NCBI GenBank assembly: GCA_964620445.1
Contig: CAZUHB010000015.1
Location: 11,157-75,156 of the forward strand
Source: an uncultured Phycisphaerales bacterium
GTDB lineage: Bacteria; Planctomycetota; B15-G4; CAYZWU01
Direction: 5' to 3'
Length of the DNA stretch: 64,000 nt
This document shows, in pieces, positions 48,627 to 58,108 of this stretch. How positions within the stretch are numbered: position 1 is the stretch's first letter; each line of letters opens with the position of its first letter. The notes beneath the pieces were generated by a model. That model ran no database searches. It was not told the origin of the DNA and saw nothing but the letters and a program-made list of their open reading frames with translations. A program made the translations under genes and the position numbers.

Positions 48627-49859
48627 TCACGGTTCGACAGCGATGTCGACCGCGGTGGATGCGAAATCCCAGGGATTGTTCACACCGAAAGCGAAGGACA
48701 TCGTGGAGCCGACCAGATTCGTCAGCGCACCCGCGGGCGCACTCGTCTGGGCGATCGCACAACCTCCGGAATTTAGCGTGCCATAAAAGCCCTGGTAGCT
48801 CGGCCAGCTGAGGCGCGCAATCAGTAAATCGGTGAACCAGTCCCTGTTGAGCGGGATCGTGAACTGCCCGCCCGGCAGGAGCGTTCCCGGATCGGTGCCG
48901 CTCAGGGTTCCAAAGAGAACGTAGCTCCTGCCCGCGTAGCCGTCGCCCCCATCGAGGTCGAACTGGAACGCGCCCCCGGCAGCGGCCGAGATCGTTTCCC
49001 TGTTGGCCTCGAGCGAGATCCCCGGCCACCCGGCGAGCCGTGCCCAGAGCCACCACGCGGCGTAGGCCTTCTGGTTGCCGTTGAGCGGCCGGCTGTGGGC
49101 GCAAGAGCAGTTGTACCAGTCCACACCTTCGACGTGGGTGCTTTGCCAGTTCTCGGCCCAGTTGCCCTGATAGTTTCCGTACTCGTCCCAGTAGCCGCAG
49201 TCGTCGTTGGCATAGGGATAGTATGTGCCATCGGGATCGTAGCTCTCGATGTGGGCGAAGTCGTAGAGGATCTTGTTGTTGGCGATGCAGTAGTCGCGGA
49301 TCTGCTGGTTGCGGGCGTTCGTGTTCGCCATCGACCAGTAGTTCAGGTGCCCGGTCATGTAGACGAACATCACGTTCGGGTAGTCGAGTTCGAGCTGTGT
49401 CATCGGCGCGAGGTAACGATCGATCATGTCCTGCTGCGAGTAGCCCGAGTGCTGGCCGCACCACGACCAGATGATCACGTTCACGTCAGCGTGGGACGGG
49501 TCGTCGAGATAGGCGCGCGTTTCGTTCACCCACTGCGGGTAGTAGCCGCAGTCGCCCGCCATTGCATAGTCATGCAGATCGAGCGCGCCGCCCGAGCCAC
49601 CGTTGTTCCACTCGAACTGGGGTCCGCCGCACCCGCCCGTGAAGGTCACCAGCCCGTTCATGCCTTCAGTGACCTGGCTTCCGTGGGAGGTATGGCCATA
49701 GGCGATGTGCAGGGTGTCTTTCGCAATGTCGACCCAGTCATCGGGAACGGTGGGGAGGTGGGTGCAGGTGTGGTCCACGATGATCGGTTCCTGGGCGCGC
49801 GAGGCCGCGAAAGGCACGAACAACAGGGCGAAAAGCATCAGAGCGACGGAGTTTCTCAT
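48627..49859 (-). CDS. Hypothetical secreted protein carrying the shared C-terminal domain.
   Basis: Signal peptide MRNSVALMLFALLFVPFAASRAQ. C-terminus ...AGRSYVLFGTLSGTDPG...GTLNSGGCAIAQTSAPAGALTNLVG..FAFGVNNPWDFASTAVDIAVEP is homologous to the C25 and M14 C-termini. Confidence 0.5.
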   Translation of the reverse strand: MRNSVALMLFALLFVPFAASRAQEPIIVDHTCTHLPTVPDDWVDIAKDTLHIAYGHTSHGSQVTEGMNGLVTFTGGCGGPQFEWNNGGSGGALDLHDYAMAGDCGYYPQWVNETRAYLDDPSHADVNVIIWSWCGQHSGYSQQDMIDRYLAPMTQLELDYPNVMFVYMTGHLNYWSMANTNARNQQIRDYCIANNKILYDFAHIESYDPDGTYYPYANDDCGYWDEYGNYQGNWAENWQSTHVEGVDWYNCSCAHSRPLNGNQKAYAAWWLWARLAGWPGISLEANRETISAAAGGAFQFDLDGGDGYAGRSYVLFGTLSGTDPGTLLPGGQFTIPLNRDWFTDLLIARLSWPSYQGFYGTLNSGGCAIAQTSAPAGALTNLVGSTMSFAFGVNNPWDFASTAVDIAVEP

Positions 49860-50016
49860 TTTGTACCTCAATAGATGCGAATAATTTGATAAAGTTAGGC
49901 AAAGAGAAATAGGTATTTTTCCTGAAATGAGTATACATCAATCTTGGGGAATTAAAAGACCGCAGGGTCGAGATTCCGAATCCCGGCCCCGGTCCCGGGA
50001 AAGGACAACGGACAAG

Positions 50017-51105
50017 ATGCCACGAAGAACGAGCGACCGGCGGCGCCTCGCAAGCAGAATGGTCTCCGGTCTGGTGATCGCCTTCTGTCTGTCAGCAGGA
50101 CCGGCCCGCGCCGAGGAACGTCCCTGGCCGGGGGGTGGCGAGTCGGAGAGGGTCGACATCACACAGTCCGACATGGGCAACAACATGAGCGGCGCCGTGT
50201 GGAATCCGGAGCGGCACAAGCTCTGGCTCGCATCGAACTCGGGAATCGTGTGGCGCATGAGCTGCGGCTCAGGTCTCGACCCGCTCGATCCGGCCTCGTG
50301 GTCGGTCGACACCTCGGGAGGCGACAGGGCCAAGTGGTCGATCGGCGGGGATACGGAAGCGATTACCCTGGCCGACTGGGACGAGGACGTGATTTTCGTC
50401 GGAGTGGAACGGTCGAACGGAAACCACCGCCTCATCCGAGAGTACGACGTGTCGGGAACCCTGGGCACGGCGACCCTGACGAACGCGTGGGACCTTCTCG
50501 AGATGCAGATCGGCGCGGACAACTACGGGCTCGAGGCGTTGAGCTTCGTGACCGACGCGTGGCTCGCGTACTGCCTTTTCGTGGATCAGAACGGCAATCC
50601 CTATCCGCAGAGCGCCTACGGCACGGGCGGCCTCTTTTTCGCCGGGCTCCAGGACAACGCCCATATCTATGTGTTCGACCTCGACCGGCGGCCCGGATCG
50701 CCTCAGGGCGCGTACACATTCGTGGGGGAGTACGACACCGGGCAGACCGAGATCGCGGGGCTCGAATTCGATCGCTCCACCGGCGTGCTCTACGCCTGGC
50801 ACAACTACGACTGGAGAACGTCCGATCCCGACGACCGGCTCCAGGCGCTCAGTCTCGATCCCGAGGGCACCGGTCCGGTCAAGACTCTGCAACCGATCCG
50901 CACATGGCTCGGCCCGCGCGTGGCCAACAACGAGGGGATCGCGCTCGTATCGATCCGCGAGGGCAACGCATTCAACGAGAGGATTTTCTTCCTCGCCACC
51001 GACGGGGCGGGGATCTCGAACTCGGTCGGCATCTATCCCCGATTTCCTTTCTGGCACACCCAGCTCTGGACCGCGGTCGGTGGATTCACGGTGAATCGCT
51101 ACTGA
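50017..51105 (+). CDS. Hypothetical secreted protein with a twin-arginine-like signal, possibly a beta-propeller.
   Basis: N-terminus MPRRTSDRRRLASRMVSGLVIAFCLSAGPARA has an RRRLA Tat-like motif followed by a hydrophobic core and AxA cleavage site. Confidence 0.45.
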   Translation: MPRRTSDRRRLASRMVSGLVIAFCLSAGPARAEERPWPGGGESERVDITQSDMGNNMSGAVWNPERHKLWLASNSGIVWRMSCGSGLDPLDPASWSVDTSGGDRAKWSIGGDTEAITLADWDEDVIFVGVERSNGNHRLIREYDVSGTLGTATLTNAWDLLEMQIGADNYGLEALSFVTDAWLAYCLFVDQNGNPYPQSAYGTGGLFFAGLQDNAHIYVFDLDRRPGSPQGAYTFVGEYDTGQTEIAGLEFDRSTGVLYAWHNYDWRTSDPDDRLQALSLDPEGTGPVKTLQPIRTWLGPRVANNEGIALVSIREGNAFNERIFFLATDGAGISNSVGIYPRFPFWHTQLWTAVGGFTVNRY

Positions 51106-51242
51106 AAAATCGCGGGGCGGGGGATTCTTCAATAGGGGCGAAAACCCTATTTTGGCCGCGGAATGCTCTATATTTTTGAAAAAAAGAGATCGATTGCTAT
51201 AATACAAAGATTGTCGATGAATGGTATTCGTGGAGTACTCGA

Positions 51243-51665
51243 TTGATACGGATCCGGAACATCATGCTGATCACGCTCGTCGTGGCCTTCCTCGCGGGGA
51301 ATGGCGGCATCTGTTCCGCCTGTTTTCTCTCCTCCCTTTACCACCACCTCGTCGAGGGGCACCACTCCCACGAAGGCGGCCGGGCGGACCCGTGCTGCTG
51401 CCACGATCACGAAGACTCCCCCTGCGAACACTACGAGTGCACTCATGCCGATGCAGCCGATCTCGACGTGGCTCTCCCCGAGTCCGCCGGAAGAACGGTG
51501 CGCGAATCTATTTCATGGCTGCACGGTCCCGCGTCGGTCCTGGCCGACAGCGGGATCGGACCGTGCCCGCCGGTCGGGAGACGGATTCTTCTATTGCCAC
51601 TGACCGAACGCGGCCGTCCCCCCGCGGCGCCGCTCTTCATCCTCAACGAGCAGCTGCTGATTTGA
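51243..51665 (+). CDS. Small Cys/His-rich protein with an N-terminal TM/signal segment, immediately upstream of the heavy-metal RND operon. Putative metal-binding protein.
   Basis: MIRIRNIMLITLVVAFLAGNGGICSACF, then HHLVEGHHSHEGGRADPCCCHDHEDSPCEHYECTHAD. Confidence 0.4.
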   Translation: MIRIRNIMLITLVVAFLAGNGGICSACFLSSLYHHLVEGHHSHEGGRADPCCCHDHEDSPCEHYECTHADAADLDVALPESAGRTVRESISWLHGPASVLADSGIGPCPPVGRRILLLPLTERGRPPAAPLFILNEQLLI

Positions 51666-51723
51666 TCTGCTCCTGACTTCCGAGAGTCTGGACCAGACGA
51701 GATCCGTACCAGGGATCCAGAAA

Positions 51724-53151
51724 ATGAGGCAGCCCATGTTCCGCATGCGAATGATGTTTTTGATTTGCACCGCCCTCGCCGGGGCCGGGTGTCAGAGTTA
51801 CCAGCCGAAACCGCTCGTCCCGCTCGAGATCCTCGAGGAGGTGGAGAAGGCGCGCAATCTGATCGAGGTGGATCCGCCGTGCGGCGCGCGCGCCGTTGAC
51901 GGTTCGGCCGGGGCGTTCGGCTTCGTGCGCGCGGCGCGGTGGATGGCCGCGTTCAGCCCCGCCCTCGAGAAGGCGCGCGCAGCCTTCGAGAAGGCCCACG
52001 CGATCGCCGGCATCGAATCGCCCTGGCCCAATCCGACGCTCAGCGCCGGACCCGCCGTGGGTTCACGCCTCGATCCGGGGGAAAGCTCCAGACGCGTTCA
52101 GCCGCTCGTCGAATTCGGTTTCACCATTCCGCTGAGCGGTCGTCTCGGTGACGCCGACGCCCTGAACGATGTCGTTGCCCGGGGCGCGCGCGTGAAACTC
52201 GTCGCACAGCATCGCCGCGGCTATCTCGAACTGAGGGCGCTCTACGCCGGCTGGGTTCTGGCGCGGAAGAGCGTGACCATTCAAGGAGAGATCCTCGAAT
52301 CGGCCCGCCGGTCGCTCGAGCTGACGAAGCGACTGATCGAAGCGGGCGGGGCGACCGCCCTCGATCTGGGGCTCATGGAGCTCGAGGTGGCCCGGCGCGA
52401 GATGATGCTCCTCGACACGCGCGCCGCGGAGGTGGAGATCGAGGAGCGGCTTTCCAGCCTGATCGGCGTCAGCTTCGAGCAGCTCCGAAAACTTTTCGAC
52501 GAGGCGCTCCCGGCCCTCGATACCCGGTTGCCCGACCGCGCCGAGGCCCGGAAGATCCTCGTGGCCAACCATCCGGATCTCGCCGAGCTCCGCGCCGCCC
52601 ACGAGGTCGCCGAAAAAGAACTGCGCCTCGAGATAACAGAGCAGTATCCCGACCTCGAACTGGGACCCTTCTTCGAGGGCGATCCGGGCGAGAGGAAGAA
52701 GTCGTGGGGCCTGACCATCGGGATCACCCTCCCCCTGTTCGACAGGAACGAGCAGGCGATCGCCGCCGCCGAGAAGGAGAGGGAATCGATCCGTGTCGCC
52801 TACGAGGCAGCCATGAACCGGCAGCTCGCCGCCCTGGAGAGCTCCTTCGGCCGCTACGATCTGGCCAGACAGAAGAGCACGCTCCTCGAGGAGGTGATCG
52901 TGCCCCGGGCGAAAACCAATCTCGACGTCGCCCTCCGGTCGATCAAGGCGGCCGCAATCGATTCGCTCAAGTATCTCGACGTGGAGCGCACCTTGCGATC
53001 GGCGATCGCCGACGCGCTCGAGGCCGAGAAAAAAGTCCGCCGCGCCCTGAACGACATCGAGCGGGCGATCGGCATTCCGCTTGGATATTTTCCCGGAGAA
53101 GAGGCTGTCGACTTTCCGCTTCTTCCGGAACCGTTGACTGAGACGGAGTAA
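51724..53151 (+). CDS. czcC: Outer-membrane efflux protein (TolC/CzcC-like outer membrane factor).
   Basis: Lipoprotein-type signal LAGAGCQ. Two OEP repeat halves with typical coiled-coil segments (LELTKRLIEAGGATALDLGLMELEVARRE...). It is the first gene of the OMF-MFP-RND operon. Confidence 0.8.
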   Translation: MRQPMFRMRMMFLICTALAGAGCQSYQPKPLVPLEILEEVEKARNLIEVDPPCGARAVDGSAGAFGFVRAARWMAAFSPALEKARAAFEKAHAIAGIESPWPNPTLSAGPAVGSRLDPGESSRRVQPLVEFGFTIPLSGRLGDADALNDVVARGARVKLVAQHRRGYLELRALYAGWVLARKSVTIQGEILESARRSLELTKRLIEAGGATALDLGLMELEVARREMMLLDTRAAEVEIEERLSSLIGVSFEQLRKLFDEALPALDTRLPDRAEARKILVANHPDLAELRAAHEVAEKELRLEITEQYPDLELGPFFEGDPGERKKSWGLTIGITLPLFDRNEQAIAAAEKERESIRVAYEAAMNRQLAALESSFGRYDLARQKSTLLEEVIVPRAKTNLDVALRSIKAAAIDSLKYLDVERTLRSAIADALEAEKKVRRALNDIERAIGIPLGYFPGEEAVDFPLLPEPLTETE

Positions 53152-53158
53152 AAACAAG

Positions 53159-54859
53159 ATGAACACGAAGGTGTTACCCCTACTGATCATGAGCGTGCTC
53201 TTCACCGTGATCGGCCTGGTTTGCGGCTGGTATGGCGCCCAGCGCACGTATGGCGCCCAGCGCACGTATGGCGCGCAGCGCACGTATGGCGGTTCGGCCG
53301 GCCACGGCGATCACGCCGCGGAGGATGATCACGCTCACGGCGCAACGCCAACCTTGTCGGCTCCGACCCTGTCGGCACCGACCTTGTCGGCAGAGAGCCT
53401 GGCCAACATGGGAGTGCGCGTGGCCGAGGCCGCGCTCGTCGACTTCAGCCGGTACCAGCCGATCACTGCCGTGGCAGCGTCCACGCCGCGTGTGACACAG
53501 GGCGTGTACGCGCCCGTGGCGGGCCGCGTGCAGAAGGTCGAAACCGAATTCGGCGCTGTCGTGGCCGGCGGGGAGGTGGTCGTGACCCTCGTGCGCACCT
53601 CGCTCGCCCGGGCGGCGCTCGTTCTGACCGAGGAGGTCCTCAAGCCGGTGAGCGAGAATCTCCACGAGTCGGTCAACAGCTATCAGCGCGCGTCGATTGC
53701 CGTTGACGTGCTCGAGACGGAGACGACCAGGCTCGAGCAGTTCGCCGACAGCGAGGACGGGATCCCTCTCCTTCCGCGGAGCGAGATCCTCAAGGTCCGC
53801 TACGACTTTATGCAGGCGGAGAGGGAGCTGGCCATCGCGCGGCACGAGCTCGCTCGGCACGGTCTGAACGAGGGCCAGCTCAAGCAGGTCGAGGACGGCG
53901 ACATCCCCGTGGTCAACGCCAATATCTGGCGGGGCGCGCTGGAACACAACGGTTTCTGGACCCCGCTGGCACAGGACATCTACTCGGCTCTTCCGGGGAG
54001 GCTGCAGGATCTGTCATGGACCGTGGCCACCGTGGGAGAGCTCATCGCGGGCGACCTCGTGGATCGGTCCTTCGTGGAGTGGCTGTCCGGCGATTCACGT
54101 GCGGCCGGCTTCTTCCTCGAGATCGGCGGGATGCTGCAGCGCGGCCACAACCTCGCCGATATCCGGGAGCTCTACTCCCTCGGTGCGTTCGAGCCGGTGG
54201 TGCAGATCAAGGCGCCGGCCACGGCGCCCGACTGGGACGTACGCGATCTGATCGTCAAGCCGGGACAGCAGGTCGCGGCGGGCGAACAGCTCCTTCTCCT
54301 CGAGAACCCCCGCGAGCTGATCCTGCGCGCCGAGCCGACGAGCGGCGAGATCGAGACACTTCTCGAGGCGATGACCTCGGGTGCGGTCATGACGGCCACG
54401 CCCCTCACTCCCGGCGCCGGTCCCGAACTCGAGGGGCTCACGATCCGCCGGATCTACGCCGTGGACAGCGGGGTGCGCACCGTGGCCGACGTTCCCGTGA
54501 TCAACCGTCCCCTGGCCGCCCGGAACGGCGGTGGCGCGGACACCTTCAGGACCTGGGCGCTGCGCCAGGGGCAGCGGTACTCCCTCCGAGTGCCCGTCGA
54601 TGTCTTCGAGAAGGTCTATGTTTTTCCCACCGGCGCCGTGATCGACGACGGACCGGACAAGGTCGTCTTCTTGAAGAGCGGAAACAGCTTCACCAAGATC
54701 AAGGTGGAGATTCTCTACCAGGATCACGAGGTGGTGGTCATCCCGGGATCGGCGGATTTCTTTCCCGGGAATCCGATCGTGACGAGCGGCACGCTCGCAC
54801 TGGGGCTGGCTCTCCAGACAGGGCCCGCGGCTGACCAGGGTCATGGCCACGCCCACTGA
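53159..54859 (+). CDS. czcB: Efflux RND periplasmic adaptor (membrane-fusion protein, CzcB/CusB-like) with an N-terminal tandem-repeat, His-rich region and a His-rich C-terminal tail.
   Basis: N-terminal TM anchor. (GAQRTY)x3 and (PTLSA)x3, plus HGDHAAEDDHAHG. Lipoyl and beta-barrel domains (IKAPATAPDWDVRDLIVKPGQQVAAGEQLL). C-terminal QGHGHAH. Confidence 0.8.
   Translation: MNTKVLPLLIMSVLFTVIGLVCGWYGAQRTYGAQRTYGAQRTYGGSAGHGDHAAEDDHAHGATPTLSAPTLSAPTLSAESLANMGVRVAEAALVDFSRYQPITAVAASTPRVTQGVYAPVAGRVQKVETEFGAVVAGGEVVVTLVRTSLARAALVLTEEVLKPVSENLHESVNSYQRASIAVDVLETETTRLEQFADSEDGIPLLPRSEILKVRYDFMQAERELAIARHELARHGLNEGQLKQVEDGDIPVVNANIWRGALEHNGFWTPLAQDIYSALPGRLQDLSWTVATVGELIAGDLVDRSFVEWLSGDSRAAGFFLEIGGMLQRGHNLADIRELYSLGAFEPVVQIKAPATAPDWDVRDLIVKPGQQVAAGEQLLLLENPRELILRAEPTSGEIETLLEAMTSGAVMTATPLTPGAGPELEGLTIRRIYAVDSGVRTVADVPVINRPLAARNGGGADTFRTWALRQGQRYSLRVPVDVFEKVYVFPTGAVIDDGPDKVVFLKSGNSFTKIKVEILYQDHEVVVIPGSADFFPGNPIVTSGTLALGLALQTGPAADQGHGHAH
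53231..53392 (+). repeat. Two in-frame tandem triplications inside czcB: an 18-bp unit x3 (53231-53284) and a 15-bp unit x3 (53348-53392).
   Basis: Read directly: tatggcgcccagcgcacg x3 with one mismatch, and cc(a/g)acc(t/c)tgtcggc(t/a) x3. Confidence 0.8.
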
Positions 54860-54871
54860 AGGACAGGATAG

Positions 54872-57800
54872 ATGCTGAATCGAATCATTGCCTTCTCGCT
54901 CAGGAACCGGCTTCTCGTCATCGTGGCGGCGCTCGTCGTTGCCGGCTACGGGGCCTGGGTCACGACCGACATGCCGATCGACGTGCTGCCCGACCTCAAC
55001 CGGCCCACGGTGGTGGTCATGGCCGAGGCTCACGCGATGGTGCCCGAGGATATCGAACGGCTCGTCACCTTTCCGCTCGAGCAGACGCTCAATGGCGCCA
55101 CCGACGTGATGCGCGTCCGGTCCGGTTCGGGGATGGGGCTCTCCATGATCTTCGTGGAGTTCGACTGGGGAACGGATATCTACCGCAACAGGCAGATCGT
55201 TCAGGAGAAGCTCCAGCTCGCGAGCGCGAAGCTCCCCCTCGGCGTGGAGCCCCACATGGCGCCGGTCACGAGCATCATGGGCCAGGTGCAGCTCATCGGC
55301 GTGCAGTCGCGCAGCGGGCAGACCGTTGCCGACGAGATCAGAACCCTCGCCGACTACCACATCAAGTACCGCCTCATGTCGATCCCCGGCGTGGCCAAGG
55401 TGGTGGCCGCCGGCGGGGCGCCGCGCCAGCTCCAGGCGATCGTCGATGCCGACAAGCTGAGCGCGTTCGGTGTGACCCTCGACGAGGTGGCCGACGCCGT
55501 GCGCGGCGCGAACCTGAACGTGTCGGGCGGTTTTCTCGACCTCGGGCACAAGGCGCCCCTGATCACGGTGAAGGGGCTTCTTGCCGATCAGGACGAGCTG
55601 GGCGAGGCGGTGGTCAAGCCCGATCCGGTCCGGCCCGTCCGCATCAAGGACGTGGCCCGCGTCGAGTTCGGCCCGGCGGCGATCCGGACGGGCGAGGCGA
55701 GCATCAACGGCGAGCCCGGAATCGTCCTCGCCGTGTTCAAGCAGCCCGACACGGACACGGTGGCGCTCACCGACGCGATCATCGCCGAGCTCGCTCTCAT
55801 CGAGGAGGGCCTGCCCGACGATCTGGTCATCATCGAGGACCTCTTTCAGCAGGCCGATTTCATCCACCGTGCCATCGACAACGTGTCCGAGGCTGTCTGG
55901 ATCGGCTGCGTGCTCGTGCTCGTCATCCTCTTTCTCTTCATGATGAACATCCGCACCACGCTGATCACGATCACGGCGATCCCCCTTTCGGTCGCGATCA
56001 CCGCCATCGTCTTCGCCGCCTTCGGCCAGTCGATCAACACGATGACGCTGGGCGGGCTGGCAGTGGCGATCGGCGCACTCGTGGACGACGCCATCGTGGA
56101 CGTGGAGAACGTGTACCGCCGGCTCCGGCAGAACGCCGTCCGCCCGAAACCGTTGCACGGGCTGCTTGTCGTGTTCCGGGCGTCGAGCGAGGTGCGCCGG
56201 CCGATCCTCATCGGAACGTTGCTCGTGATCGTCGTCTACCTGCCCCTCTTCTACCTGACCGGAATGGAAGGGCGGCTCTTCACGCCGATCGGGATCGCCT
56301 ATCTGACCAGCGTGGGCGCGTCGCTCCTCGTCTCGCTCACGGCCACGGCGGTCCTCTGCTACTACCTGCTCTCGAAAAATCCGAACCTGAAGGAGAGGTC
56401 GGACACGCGGCTCGTCCAGATTCTCAAGGCTCGCGTGGGGCGCCTGATCCGATTCAGCATCGAATCTCCCGCGATCATTCTCAGCCTTCTGGTCGCGCTG
56501 GTCACCGGGGCGATCTTCGTGCTCTTCAACCAGGGATCGCAGTTCCTGCCCGAGTTCAACGAGGGGGTGGCGCAGATCAATCTCTTCCTGCCGCCCGAGA
56601 CCGGGCTCGACACGTCGAGCGAGTTCGGCCAGCGGCTCGGCCGCCACCTCGCGCGGATCGACGGCGTGAAGCACGTGGGTCGCCGCACGGGGCGCGCCGA
56701 GGGGGACGAGCACGTTCACGGCGTGAACTTCTCCCACACGGTGGTCAACTTCGATCCGGAAGCGGGCCGATCGCGCGAGGAGGTCATCGCCGAGATCCGC
56801 GAAATGCTCGCCCGGGAGTTTCCCGGCGTGATCACCGAGGTGGGCCAGCCGTTGGCGCACCTCCTGAGCCACATGCTCTCCGGCGTGAAGGCCCAGGTGG
56901 CGATCAAGATCTTCGGTCCCGACCTGACCGTGCTCCGCCGTCTGGCCGCCGAGGTGGAGGACGCGGTGCGCGCCATTCCGGGTGTGGCCGACCTGTACAC
57001 CGAGCCGCAGGTCCTCGTCGACCATGTCGTGGTCGAACCGCGGCGCGAGCTGCTCGCCCGGTTCGGGCTGAGCGTGGAGGATGTGGCCGAGACGGTGGAG
57101 CTCGCCCTCGAGGGTGAAAAACTCTCGCTCATGCAGGTCGGGCAGTTCACCTTCCCGGTGGTGATCCGTCTCGAGAAGGAGGACCGCCTGAACCTGGACA
57201 GCATCCGCAACCTCTACCTGCAGGTCGCGGACGGGGGGCGTCACAGACTGTCCGAGGTGGCCGACGTGCGGCTCGGCAAGACGCCGAACAACATCAACCG
57301 CGAAAACGTCTCCCGCCGGATCGCGGTGCAGCACAACGTGGAGGGTCGGTCGCTGGGCGAGGTGGTGGCCGATGTGCAAAAAGCTCTGAAGCCGATCCAG
57401 GGGAGCCTGTCCGAGCTTCCCGGCTACTCGATCCGGATCGGCGGGCAGTACGAGGCGCAGCAGAAAGCGAGCCGGATGATCGTGCTCTTCAGCATCGCGT
57501 CGGTGCTGATCATGTTCGTCGTGCTCTACGCGCACTTCAAGTCGATCAACCTGAGCCTGCAGGTCCTGGCGAGCATACCGATGGCGTTCATCGGCGCCGT
57601 GGCCTACATCGCGCTCAGCGGCCAGTCGGTGTCGATCGCCACCCTGGTGGGATTGATCTCGCTCGCCGGGATTGCGTCGCGCAACGCGATCCTGCTCATC
57701 GACCACTACCTGCACCTCATGCGCGAGGAGGGGGAGGCCTTCGGACCGGCCATGATCATCCGCGCCGGCCAGGAGCGGATGGTGCCCGTCTTGATGACGG

Positions 57801-58072
57801 CCCTCACCAGCGGGATCGCGCTGATACCGCTCGCCCTGGCGCCTGACGAGCCGGGCCGCGAGATCCTCTATCCCGTGGCCACGGTGATCATCGGCGGACT
57901 GATCTCGAGCACGATCCTCGATTTCCTGGTCCGGCCCGCGCTCTTCTGGACCTTCGGGGCGAAAGTGGCCGATCGCCTCGCGAGTGCGCCGCGCCGCCTC
58001 GACCGCGCCGCCGAGGAGATGGAGAAGGAGTTCAATCCTTCCGGGAGACCTGACGAACTTTCAACGACATAG
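54872..58072 (+). CDS. czcA: Heavy-metal efflux RND transporter, CzcA/CusA (HME) family.
   Basis: 1066 aa with 12 TM and two large periplasmic loops. N-terminus MLNRIIAFSLRNRLLVIVAALVVAGYG is typical of CzcA/CusA. TM4 reads ALVDDAIVDVENV. Confidence 0.85.
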   Translation: MLNRIIAFSLRNRLLVIVAALVVAGYGAWVTTDMPIDVLPDLNRPTVVVMAEAHAMVPEDIERLVTFPLEQTLNGATDVMRVRSGSGMGLSMIFVEFDWGTDIYRNRQIVQEKLQLASAKLPLGVEPHMAPVTSIMGQVQLIGVQSRSGQTVADEIRTLADYHIKYRLMSIPGVAKVVAAGGAPRQLQAIVDADKLSAFGVTLDEVADAVRGANLNVSGGFLDLGHKAPLITVKGLLADQDELGEAVVKPDPVRPVRIKDVARVEFGPAAIRTGEASINGEPGIVLAVFKQPDTDTVALTDAIIAELALIEEGLPDDLVIIEDLFQQADFIHRAIDNVSEAVWIGCVLVLVILFLFMMNIRTTLITITAIPLSVAITAIVFAAFGQSINTMTLGGLAVAIGALVDDAIVDVENVYRRLRQNAVRPKPLHGLLVVFRASSEVRRPILIGTLLVIVVYLPLFYLTGMEGRLFTPIGIAYLTSVGASLLVSLTATAVLCYYLLSKNPNLKERSDTRLVQILKARVGRLIRFSIESPAIILSLLVALVTGAIFVLFNQGSQFLPEFNEGVAQINLFLPPETGLDTSSEFGQRLGRHLARIDGVKHVGRRTGRAEGDEHVHGVNFSHTVVNFDPEAGRSREEVIAEIREMLAREFPGVITEVGQPLAHLLSHMLSGVKAQVAIKIFGPDLTVLRRLAAEVEDAVRAIPGVADLYTEPQVLVDHVVVEPRRELLARFGLSVEDVAETVELALEGEKLSLMQVGQFTFPVVIRLEKEDRLNLDSIRNLYLQVADGGRHRLSEVADVRLGKTPNNINRENVSRRIAVQHNVEGRSLGEVVADVQKALKPIQGSLSELPGYSIRIGGQYEAQQKASRMIVLFSIASVLIMFVVLYAHFKSINLSLQVLASIPMAFIGAVAYIALSGQSVSIATLVGLISLAGIASRNAILLIDHYLHLMREEGEAFGPAMIIRAGQERMVPVLMTALTSGIALIPLALAPDEPGREILYPVATVIIGGLISSTILDFLVRPALFWTFGAKVADRLASAPRRLDRAAEEMEKEFNPSGRPDELSTT

Positions 58073-58108
58073 ACCGACACCTGTCGAGAAAAACAGAAAG
58101 GAAAGGTA

